The translations under genes and the position numbers were made by a program. The notes below the pieces were generated by a model. That model was not told the DNA's origin, made no database searches, and saw only the letters and a list, made by a program, of their open reading frames with translations. 64,000 nucleotides of DNA from the NCBI RefSeq assembly GCF_009914755.1, contig NC_060931.1. The stretch is one strand, 5' to 3'. This document shows, in pieces, positions 48,111 through 64,000 of this stretch. The stretch is from the human T2T-CHM13v2.0 reference genome, Homo sapiens. The first letter of the stretch is position 1. Each line of letters begins with the position of its first letter.

Positions 48111-48200
48111 GGAGGTCAAGGCTGCAGTGAGCTGTGATTGCACCATTGCACTCTGGTCTGGGTGACAGAGTAAGATCCTGTCTCAGAGGAAAAAAAAAAA
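48111..48200 (+). mobile_element. Alu 3' fragment (J-type)
   Basis: gaggtcaaggctgcagtgagctgtgattgcacc plus A tail. Confidence 0.88.
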
Positions 48201-48401
48201 AGTGAAAAGGTGACCACATAATAGAAAAATATAATTGCAAATTATATATCTGATAAGGGACTTATATCCAGTATGTAAAAGAATTCTTATAACTTCACAA
48301 TAAAAGATAAATAATCCACTTAAAACATAGGTAGAGGACTTGATAGAGATTTCTCCAAAGAAGATATACAAATGGCTAATAAGCACATGAAAAGATACTC
48401 A
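48201..48401 (+). mobile_element. L1 ORF2 3' region fragment
   Basis: atatctgataagggactt..ttctccaaagaagatatacaaatggctaataagcacatgaaaagat. Confidence 0.88.
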
Positions 48402-49120
<719 letters not shown>

Positions 49121-49159
49121 AATCAGGGCACCATCGGAGAAGAAAGCTGAAATCCTGAG

Positions 49160-49300
49160 TTGGGAGAGTTCTGGCCTGAGAATTAAAGTCCTGGATTCCA
49201 GCTCAGTTTTTGTCATTAGTCAGCCAGGTGACCTTGGGCAATCGCTCGATTTCTCTAGGTTTCATTGTTGCAGTGTGGGAACAATAAAGGATCTCCAAAG
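49160..49300 (+). mobile_element. MIR fragment
   Basis: gtgaccttgggcaatcgctc..tctctaggtttc. Confidence 0.6.
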
Positions 49301-49447
49301 TCCAGTCGATCGATCAAACAATGAACCAAATTAGATAGTGATGATGATAACATGACTCTGTTATGATACTCAAAAAAGCTATGGAATTATGTACTGTGAG
49401 AGGGTAAATGTTATGGCATGTAAATTATATCTCAATAAAGTTGTTCA

Positions 49448-49943
<496 letters not shown>

Positions 49944-50289
49944 TCAGGGAAGTTCTCACTGAAGTGACATTTGGGTAAAGACTGGAAGGAGATGAGGGAG
50001 TGAGTCAGGGGAATATGCAGGGAACAGCATTCCAAGCAGAGGGAACAGCAAGTGAAAAGATGGAGGAAGGAGAAAGCCTGGAGTCCTTAAAGAGGAACAA
50101 GGAGGCCTGTGTGGCTGCATAGAGTGAAATACAGGAAGGGAATAGAAGATGAGATTGGAGGGTGATGTGGGGTAGACTGAAGAGTGGGAGGACTATGTGG
50201 GATGTTGCAGGAACTAACAACTGCAGCTTTATTCTTAGCGGGAAGCAGCAGTGGGTTTTGACCTCAGAGCCAACTTGACTGGAGGTTTT

Positions 50290-50610
50290 TGTTCGTTTGT
50301 TTTATTTTATTTTATTTTTTTAGAGTTGGGGTCTTGCTCTGTCACCCAAGATGGAGTACAGTGAGGCAATCATAGCTCATTGCAGCCTCTAACTTCTGGG
50401 TTCCAGTGATCATCCCACTTCAGCCTCCCAAGTAGCTGGCAATACAGGTGTGCACCATAACACCCAGCTAATTTTATTTTTCATTTTTAGTTTCGTAGAG
50501 ATGGGGTCTCACTATGCTGCCCAGACTGGTCTCAAATTTCTGGCCTCAAGCGATCTTCCTATCTTAGCCTTCCAAAGTGCTAGGATTACAGGTGTGAGAC
50601 ACCACAACTG
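50290..50610 (-). mobile_element. Alu (J-type)
   Basis: Diverged dimer. Confidence 0.9.
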
Positions 50611-50789
50611 ATCCCGATCAATGTTGTATGGGATCTTTCTGGCTACAGAAGAGAATGGACTGAAGAGGGGTGAGAGTAGAATAGGGAGAGCAAATAGAAG
50701 ACCATTGCAATTGCTGAAGCTCAAGAAGATGAAGTGATTTACTGAAAACGTCCAGAAGGAGCTTGGGGCAGCTGAGGAATGGGGTCCGT

Positions 50790-51196
50790 GAACCTCTTGA
50801 TAGTTACACCTTTGTAGAGTCCCCTCCCATCATGAATTGATGTTGGCCTCTGACTTGCTTTAACCAGTAGAAGGCAGGGGAAGTCATGTTCTGTGCTATC
50901 TGAGCCCAGGTAGCTACCATTTCTGTATTTTGGGATGCTCTGAACCACCATGTTGAACTCCAGCTATCCTGGGAGAGGGACCATGAGGAGAGACCCCATG
51001 GACAGGAAAAGTTATTCTAATGCAGCTTCCAGGTGACTTCAGGCCCAACGACCAACGAGGTGTCTGCAATCACACAGAAGGCTACAAGCCAGACCACAGA
51101 ACTGCCTAGATAACCCACATAATTAAAGATAACAAGTGGTTCTTATTGCTTTAAGCCTCTAAGGCTTTTCTTTTGCAGCAATAAGCAATTGAAACA
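50790..51196 (+). mobile_element. MLT1-family LTR
   Basis: tgacttgctttaaccagtagaa..ttgctttaagcctctaag..gcagcaataagcaattgaaaca. Confidence 0.7.
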
Positions 51197-51473
51197 GAAA
51201 GCTAACTGCATAACATCAAATAATTGCCTTTATTAATATTGCTAATAAATTGGCCTAGCAGGTGTCACATACAATCACTCAGAAGGCTCCTTATTATATG
51301 ATAAGGGACTTGAGATTTGCAGTGCTTTTACTGGATAATTTTCCCAGATTTGTGATTCCAGAATGACTATAAACATTATTTGCCCCTTATGCATTGTTTA
51401 AAAAACTGGTTCTACCCACATGATTTATGGGCAAACTTCCTTTTTCATCTTGTATACCATATTTCCTGCCTTA

Positions 51474-51846
<373 letters not shown>

Positions 51847-52015
51847 GCCATTTTAAAGGGGCTTATTATGTTTTGATGTGTTGTTTTGAATCCATGGACA
51901 CTTGGGCGCTGAGTTTGTATGTGGAAAAACAAATCAGGGACTGCTGCGGAAAAAAATGGTACACTGAACACATATGTGTAATTTTGCTCTATTTTGAAAC
52001 TCCTTAATCCACAAT

Positions 52016-52763
52016 TTATAGGCTGAATTGTATTTATCCCATAATCCATATGTTGAAGACTTAACTCCCAGTGCCTCAGAATGTAACCATATTTGGAGAT
52101 GTTTTTAAGGAGTTAAAGTGGGCAGGCCATGGTGTTGCATGCCTGTAATCCCAGCACTTTGGAAGGGCGAGGTGGGCAGATCACTCAAAGCCAGGAGTTC
52201 AAGACCAGCCTGACCAACAGGGTAAAACCTTGTCTCTACTAAAAATACAAAAATTAACTGGGCATGGTGGCGCACACCTGTAATTCCATTTCCTCAGGAG
52301 GCTGAGGCATGAGAATCGCTTAAACCGGGGAGGTGGAGGTTGCAGTGAGCCAAGAACATGCCCCTGCACTACAGCCTGGGTGACAGAGAGACACCCTATG
52401 TCAAAAGAATAAAAAGTTAAAAAATAAATAAAAAATAAAGAGAGTTAAAATGATTAAGTTAAGATGAGGCTGTTAGGGTGGGTCTTCATACAATCTGACT
52501 GGAGTCCTTGTAAGAAGAGGAAATTTGGGCTCACAAAGGGATACTGGGGATGTGTGAGAACAGAAGAAAGATTATGTGAAGACATAGAGTGAACATAGCC
52601 ATCTGCAAAGCCAAGAAGAGAGGCCCTAGAATCAAATCAACCCTGCCAGTACCTTAACATTGAACTTGCAGTCTCCAGAACTGTGAGATAATTAATTGAT
52701 AATATTTAAGCCACCCAGTTCATGGTATTTTGTTAGGGCAGCAGCCATAGGATATTAATACAC
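52016..52763 (+). mobile_element. MLT1B-like LTR split by Alu
   Basis: tataggctgaattgt..cagaatgtaaccatatttggaga..ctccagaactgtgaga..atggtattttgtta. Confidence 0.85.
52125..52440 (+). mobile_element. Alu
   Basis: TSD-like gagttaaa. Confidence 0.93.
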
Positions 52764-52787
52764 AAAAAGGAATTTTTTAAAGGCCCT

Positions 52788-53185
52788 GTTCTGATTATCT
52801 CTTGCAGTGCAACAAACTACCCCCAAATAGAGATAGAGATTTTATTTCCATGGGCGCTCCTTCACATGGCTGAGGTCTTCTGGGAGTTCAGCTTTGGTCT
52901 TTTGGTAAGGGGTCTTTATCTATCCCCAAATGGGCCTCCTCATGCCTGCTTGGGCTTCCTCACAGTATGGATTTCAAGAATCAGTGTCCCAGGGGAGAGG
53001 AGGCAGCACTGTAAGCTGCCTTAAGTCTCTTAAGGCATGGTTGTAGAAAATGGTCAATTGTCCTTTCTGCTGTATTCTATTGGATGAGCAAATACTAAGG
53101 CCAGTTCAGATTAGAAGGGGATTAGACTCCACCTCAAAATTGGAGGAATAGCAAAGAATTTGTGGGCAGCTTTGCTATTATTATA
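52788..53185 (-). mobile_element. Old MLT1-family LTR
   Basis: gcaacaaactaccccc..tgggcttcctcacagtatgg..tattctattgg..tagactccacctc. Confidence 0.65.
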
Positions 53186-53261
53186 GGTAAATTTCAACAT
53201 TTTCTGGTTGACAATTGGTTGAGTTTGTCTAAAGACCTGGGATTAATAGGAAAAAAATGTT

Positions 53262-53400
53262 CACTCGGGAGGCTGAGGCAGAAGAATTGCTTGAACCAGG
53301 GAGGCAGAGGTTGCAGCGAGCTGAGATCCCATTGCACTCCAGCCCAGGATGAAAACAGTAAGACTTCGTCTCAACAAACAAACAAACAAACAAACAAAAA
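53262..53400 (+). mobile_element. Alu right-arm fragment
   Basis: actcgggaggctgaggcagaagaattgcttgaacc, (CAAA)n tail. Confidence 0.9.
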
Positions 53401-53404
53401 ACAA

Positions 53405-53598
53405 CCTGTGCACTCTGCTGTGGACCAGAAGCCCCACTCAGTTGCCCTCCTTCAGGAGAGAGAGCTATTCTCATTTCTCTTTATTTTGCCTATTAAACCT
53501 CCACTCCTAACCCACTTCTTGTGTGTCTGAGTGCTCAATTCCCTTAGGGTGAGACAACGAACCTCAGGTATTTACCCCAGACAACGACACTGCTTCAC
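53405..53598 (+). mobile_element. ERV1 LTR 3' part (MER50/51-like)
   Basis: ttttgcctattaaacctcc..gaacctcaggtatttaccccagacaacgacactgcttca. Confidence 0.7.
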
Positions 53599-53807
53599 TT
53601 CCACTGGTCTTGACCACTCTACAGCTCCTCACTTTTTAGCTTCCCTTGTTCAGTCTTCACTAAGGGAGGAGCATGATTCATCAGGTGGATTAGTTTGAAA
53701 GCAGAATTTGGGCATGATTGGCTGAATCTTGTCTTCTCTCTTTCTTTGACTCCTCAACACTTGGAGGGACTTTGCCACTTGGCCGTTTCTTCTATCTGGG
53801 TGGGTAG

Positions 53808-54179
<372 letters not shown>

Positions 54180-54740
54180 TAATTAGATGGGTAAGTCTCT
54201 CTGGCTCAGGGGCAAAGTATTAGCAAGGCCATTTGGCTTCAGATCTAAAACCAGTTTATCCCAACAGTTTTATCAGTAATAAAGAATAATATCCTGATCT
54301 CCAGCTGCCTAATTTTTGGGTTTTACTCTTAATTCGTTCCAGAATCTAGCTGCAGAAATAAGTAGATATTGTTTATGGGCTTCCTAAAACCCAATATCTT
54401 CATCTGTAGGGCTAAGAAATTTGTGAAATACGCAGGAGTCAAACTGGGGACCAAAATAACATGTGAGAAGTAGACTATCATAACTTGACAAGTGTTGAAG
54501 GCTTTACACCTTAGTCTTGAGCAAACACAGATAATAGGAGGGGAATTGACTTAAGCAGCTCACTGCAGGCTGTGTCTAGAGGAAAGTAAAATGTTATATA
54601 GGCAGGATGAACCTTAAGAAACACAGATTCAGCTGGGCCTGGTGGCTCATGCCTGTAATCCCAGTGCTTTGGGGAGCCAAAGTGTAAGGGTTGCTTGAAC
54701 CCAGGAGTTTGAGACCAGCTCAGGCAACAAAAAGTATTAG

Positions 54741-55116
<376 letters not shown>

Positions 55117-55914
55117 TAAAGGGTACAAAAGATAAAGTAAAAAAGATAAAGGGTTTTTATTTATAAATCTTTACAAAAAATAAAAAAATTAGATAGGCTT
55201 GGTGGTGCACAACTGTGGTCTCAGGTACTCAGGAGGCTAAGGTGGGAGGATCACTTGAGCACCAGAGTTAGAGGCTGCAGTGAACTATGACCGTGCCACT
55301 GCACTCTAGCCTGGGCAGCAGAGCAAGACCTTGTCTCAAAAAAAAAAAAAAGGAAAAAAAAATACCAGACTCCTTGGACCTTAACAAATCTGGTCCATGT
55401 AGACATTGTGTACATGTTGGTGTAGCCTGACTTTGACTCACCATGGACAAGGGACAAGGTTGAGGCGAGGATTAAATGATTTTGGAAGTTAGTCAGTTAA
55501 AAAGATCTGATGGCTCTTATCTTTCTCAGACGAGACTTTCAACTGCTGATTAACTTGTGAACAAGTGGGTTTCATTCTAGCACAAACAGAGAGTACTATC
55601 TCACCTATACCAAATTCCATTCTCTTCTAGGTATTTTGAATGGCGTTTAGGGTTGTGAGTGGATGTGATTACAAAGGGGCAGTATGATGGAGTTTTTGGG
55701 GGGTGATGGGATTGTTCTACGTTTTGCATGTGGTGACGGTTACACAAATCCACATATTTAAAAAATTGATAGAAATATATAAGTTTTTCCATAAAAATCT
55801 CATTTTTACTATATGTTAATTTTAAAACACATGCAAAGATATCCAGGAAGGAAAGCAAGTACAGGAGCATTTGACTTCCATAGGTAAAGTGGGAGTAGAC
55901 ACTAGAAATAAGCC

Positions 55915-56275
55915 TGCTGTGGTCCGAACTTTAGTGTCCCCTAAAGTTTATATGCTGGAAGCTAATACCTAATCTGATAGTCAAGAGGTGGGGCCTATGG
56001 GAATGTGATACTATCATGAGGACTCTACCCTCATAAATGGGATTGGTGTCTTTATAAAAGAGGTTGAAGGAAGCTGCCTTCCCCCATTTCACCCAGGTAA
56101 GGAGATAGCAAGAAAGTAACACATTGAAGCAGACAGTGAACCCTCAACAATGAATCTGCCGGCACCTTGATCTTGGACTTTCCAGCCCCCAAAACCGTGA
56201 GCAATAAATTCCTGTTGTTTATATATTACCCGGTCTAAGGTATTTTGTCACAGCAGCCCAAACAAACACAAGAGC
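55915..56275 (+). mobile_element. MLT1A-like LTR
   Basis: tgctgtggtc..gtcccctaaag..gaatctgccggcaccttgatcttggacttt..aataaattcctgttgttt. Confidence 0.85.
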
Positions 56276-56559
56276 AGTGCAGTATTCAGAAAAGTCTGAC
56301 TTGCAAAAATCTTTTAGCCAGTAGGTAACTGAATGGAAAACCAATTAAAAGATTCAACTTCTATTAGCCAAAAATCAGAAACCAAGGCGTACTCCTCTAA
56401 ATTTGTTGAACAGGAGCTTGACTTAAGTCACCGCAATAGAGTTACAATAAAATCTCTTCCTAATTTTTCATGCAGGGGTCAGTTCTGAGAGGTGGAATTT
56501 CATGAAACAGGGGCAAACACTTTTGAAGCCCTTGGAATAATTTAGCAAGTAAACACTGT

Positions 56560-57610
<1,051 letters not shown>

Positions 57611-57611
57611 A

Positions 57612-58200
<589 letters not shown>

Positions 58201-58311
58201 AAAAATAAAACAAACAAAAACTTCCCCAAACCAAACCATCTGTTCTGTTATATTGACGAATAGGGATGGAGAATGAAAAAGAGCACAGACACTAGCTATT
58301 TTAAGGTAAGG

Positions 58312-58432
58312 ACACAACACCCAGCAATTTTTGTATTTTTTGTAGAGATGGGGTTTTGCCATGTTGGCCAGGCTGGTCTTGAACTTCTGAGCTCAACCAA
58401 TCCGCCTGCCTCTGCCTCTCAAAGTGCTGGGA
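58312..58432 (-). mobile_element. Alu left-arm fragment
   Basis: atttttgtattttttgtagagatgggg..caaagtgctggga. Confidence 0.88.
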
Positions 58433-58682
58433 CCCCAGCCTGCAAAGTAGGATTCTGCATTGGGGCACAAAGTAGTGCTTTTCAAACTTTAATGTGTTTA
58501 AGAACCATGGTTGGATATGGCTAAATGATGCAGCTTTTGATTCAGTAGATTTGAGGTGTGATCTGGATTCCTGCATTCCTGATAAGCTCCCAAGCTGATG
58601 TCACTGGTCCACTGCTATGTTGTGAATGTCCCCTCCAAAGCTTATGTTGAAATTGAACCCCCAATTTCAGTTTGAATCCCAG

Positions 58683-59471
58683 TGAGAGGTGAAGCCAGCT
58701 GGACTTCCTGGGTTGAGTGGGGACTTGGAGAACTTTTCCCTCTAGCTAGAGGATTGTAAATGCACCAATCAGCACTCTGTGTCTAGCTAAAGGATTGTAA
58801 ATACACCACTCGGCACTGTGTAAAAACGCACGAATCAGCGCTCTGTGTCTAGCTAAAGGATTGTAAACACACCAATCAGCACTCTGTAAAAATGCACCAG
58901 TCAGTGCTCTGTGTCTAGCTAAAGGTTTGTAAATGCACCAATCAGCACCCTGTAAAATGGACCAATCAGCACTCTGTGAAATGGACCAATCAGCATGACG
59001 TGGGCAGAGGCAAATAAGGGAATAAAAGCTGGCCACCGCAGTCAGCAGTGGCAACCCGGTCTCCTCCGCTTCCACAGTGTGGAAGCTTTGTTCTTTAGCT
59101 CTTCATAATAAATATTGCTGCTGCTCACTCTTCGGGTCCACGCTATCTTTATGAGCTCTAACACTCACTGTGAGGGTCTGCAGCTTCATTCCTGAAGTCA
59201 GCGAGACCACAAATCCACCAGGAGAAACAAACAACTCCAGACGCGCCACCTTTAAGAGGTGTAACACTCACTACGAAGGTCTGCGGCTTCACTCCTGAAG
59301 TCAGCGAGACCACGTATCCACCAGAAGGAAGAAACTCTGGACACATCTGAAGGAACAAAACTCCGGACACACCATCTTTAAGAGCTGTAACACTCACTGT
59401 GAGGGGCCGTGGCTTCATTCTTGAAGTCGGCGAGACCAAGAACCCACTGGAAGGAATAAATTCTAGGCCCA
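58683..59471 (+). mobile_element. LTR12 (ERV9) solo LTR inserted in a MIR
   Basis: tgagaggtgaagccagctgg; U3 repeats tctagctaaaggattgtaaatgcaccaatcagc; U5 repeats taacactcact..gaagtcagcgagacca; TSD ccag/ccag. Confidence 0.95.
58765..59030 (+). promoter_or_regulatory. LTR12 U3 promoter: 5 intact CCAAT boxes and AATAAAA TATA-like box
   Basis: CCAAT at 58765, 58872, 58938, 58962, 58986; aataaaa at 59021; activity not shown. Confidence 0.55.
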
Positions 59472-59475
59472 CCAG

Positions 59476-59670
59476 CACCACTCCATAAACATGGGGGTGT
59501 GAACTTGGCAAGTTATTTAAAGTCACTGAGCCTCGGTTTCCTCATCTGTAAAATGGTTAGGATCATAGCAAATTCCCCACAGAGCTTTTGTGATGCTCAA
59601 ATGAGTTAATATGTGTAAAGCAATTAGAACTGTGTCTGGCACATAAACAGTACATGACAAATCATTATGT
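59476..59670 (+). mobile_element. MIR
   Basis: ctgagcctcggtttcctcatctgtaaaatgg..aaatgagttaatatgtgtaaagc..ctggcacat. Confidence 0.9.
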
Positions 59671-60048
59671 CTTGGTTAAGACATGCAGCGCATAAAGTGT
59701 AAGAGAAATCTTAGGGAAAATACTGGAGTTTGACACCTGCATGAAACTTCGGGTTGTGTATGTTAAGCCAATTCCTGCTGAGAGACAATGATAATGCTAT
59801 GGGCTATACCACATTTTAATGTGCTTCTCTTACACTTTTAAATGAAAGAATTGCAAAGTTTAAATGAAATCCAAAATAAGAGAATGCTTTCTTGTCTGAA
59901 ACACAAACAGCTCTGCCTCTGTTACCTTATAACCTGGCAGCTCCTTTTGTAGCCTGTGGCAATTGGAAAAGAGAATCCAGAGGAGGCTTGTAGGAATGAT
60001 GAGATAAGCTATACTTCTTACATTAGTTAACATTTTAAAAATAGTTCT

Positions 60049-60355
60049 TGGCTGGGTGAGGTGGCTGACGCCTGTAATCCCAGCACTTTGGGAGGCCAAG
60101 GTGGGCAGATCACTTGAAGTCAGGAGTTTGAGACCAGCCTGGCCAAAATGGTGAGACCCCATCTCTACTAAAAATACAAAAAATTAGCAGGGCTTGGTGT
60201 TGTGCGCCTGTAATCCCCGCTACTCGGGAGGCTGAGGTGGGAGAATTGCATGAACCTGGAGGCAGAGTTTGCAGTGAGTTGAGAGAGCACCACTGTACTC
60301 CAGCCTGGGCAACAGAGCAAGACTCCATCTCAAAACAAAACAAACAAACAAACAG
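60049..60355 (+). mobile_element. Alu
   Basis: TSD aaaatagttctt/aaagtagttctt. Confidence 0.95.
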
Positions 60356-60359
60356 AAAG

Positions 60360-61012
60360 CGAAAGTAGTTCTTAACTTGTTCATGGTTCTTGGCTGGACA
60401 CCGAATAGTTGCCCATGAGGCTTCAAGTAATCATATGACCTAAGCTGCCCATTATGAACTGGGTATTAGCTAATCCACTAAGCCGTAAGTCAGACATGCT
60501 CAGCAGAACTATGACAAGACTTCCAAGATGCATCCCTATCCCATTTCTTCTTTCTGAGCATGAAAAACATTATATTTGACAGCAATTTTTATAGTTAGGT
60601 TGCAGCCATTGGAATGCATTAGATTAATTGGTGCAATAACACAGTGTTCCATGTTTGTGTTTCTTTTGTCTGTAAGGCTAGAAATAAAGGCTGTCAACAT
60701 AGTTGTGCCATAGAATCATTGTTTGGAAGACAGATATCCAATCCACATTAGACTGGAATAGGAGTGAGAAATGCATATTGTGTTAATAAACTGAGATTTG
60801 AGATATTTGTAACAGCAGCTAGTATCAATTACCTTGACTAATAATGTGCACGCATTATCTAGCGGTATTTATGGAACCAAGCCTAAGCAGGTCCTAAAGG
60901 CACAAGTAAATTACATGAGCAAGTGGTTCACGCTCCCAGGACACCTACTCCTGCCCCATTCTCAGCTCCTTCCTCACACGTCTGGCTTCCTGGGGCATTA
61001 CTTATGTGAGCA
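60360..61012 (+). pseudogene. Decayed ERV-L pol tether region, split by MLT1
   Basis: PKLPIMNWVLANP and AGPKGTSKLHEQV..ASWG match ERV-L PELPIMNWVLSDP / AGPEGTSKLHEEV..ASWG. Confidence 0.85.
60510..60846 (+). mobile_element. MLT1J-like LTR
   Basis: ctgagatttgagatatttgtaacagcagctag..ccttgactaata. Confidence 0.65.
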
Positions 61013-61016
61013 CTAG

Positions 61017-61355
<339 letters not shown>

Positions 61356-61405
61356 TAGATAGGTTTCTAATAAGTTCCTTTTCTGCTTAAATTAGTCTGA
61401 GTCCA

Positions 61406-61704
<299 letters not shown>

Positions 61705-61885
61705 TTAGCTTGAGTCCATTTCTGTTACTTGCAACCAGGATACACTCTTCTTCCTCAAATATTAGATGGAGACAGGAGGTTCCACAAAACACAGACCACA
61801 ACCAAGAAATCTAAAGTCTACCTAGGAAATCAGTTGGTCCCCTGGCAATTCTGTAAGCAGGAATCACAAAGAATTCGATATATGT

Positions 61886-62865
<980 letters not shown>

Positions 62866-63188
62866 AAAAAATTCAATATATGTGTGCTACTAAGGGGGCT
62901 ATACTTGGAGAATAAACACAGATTTAATATGTTCTAAATGGGTTCCATCTAGTTTAGTTCTCTCACGGTAGAGGGGAAACAGGCACAAACATCATTAACC
63001 CACTACTCAAGGTACATGGCTGAAAGAATGGCAAAGCTAAGACAAAAGACTGATTATCTTGAGTCTCGTTGCCATAAGATTTTAAGTGTATGTGGTACCT
63101 AGGGAAGGTGTTGGCTCATGGAGGGCAACTTTTCTTCCAACCACTGAATGCGGACTGTGTCCTGCAAGACAAAATAATAGGGTGCTTC

Positions 63189-64000
<812 letters not shown>

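Noticed and set aside
58746-59526. Minus-strand ORFs with ADW repeats
   Set aside because: Antisense translation of LTR12 internal repeats

Overview
Primate (almost certainly human/catarrhine) non-coding genomic DNA that is very repeat-rich. I count about 68 Alu copies or fragments (roughly 30% of the window), plus L1, L2, MIR, many LTRs (MaLR MLT1/MST/THE1, MLT2, MER41 x2, MER57, LTR3B-like, LTR12) and DNA-transposon relics (MADE1, MER30, MER33, Tigger4/MER46). I found no intact protein-coding gene, RNA gene, CpG island or CRISPR array, and nearly all listed ORFs are repeat artefacts. The only recognisable protein homologies are decayed: ERV-L pol (RNaseH-integrase-dUTPase at 0.3-3 kb; protease-RT and tether at 56.5-61 kb), an L1 endonuclease and an L2 RT motif. 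The most interesting signals are: (i) a 33-bp VNTR with one AGGAAGTG ETS core per unit, mostly in a GAAACAGGAAGTG IRF-ETS/FOX:ETS context; (ii) five short segments copied from 0.5-2.8 kb away, two landing in DNA-transposon inverted repeats, two followed by iterative filler, and one apparently reciprocal pair; (iii) an Alu-L1 fusion inside a single 18-bp TSD; (iv) regulatory-capable solo LTRs (LTR12 with 5 CCAAT boxes, MER41 with GAS sites). I cannot support a new multi-gene system here. Repeat subfamily names come from recalled consensus sequences, and boundaries of old elements are approximate.
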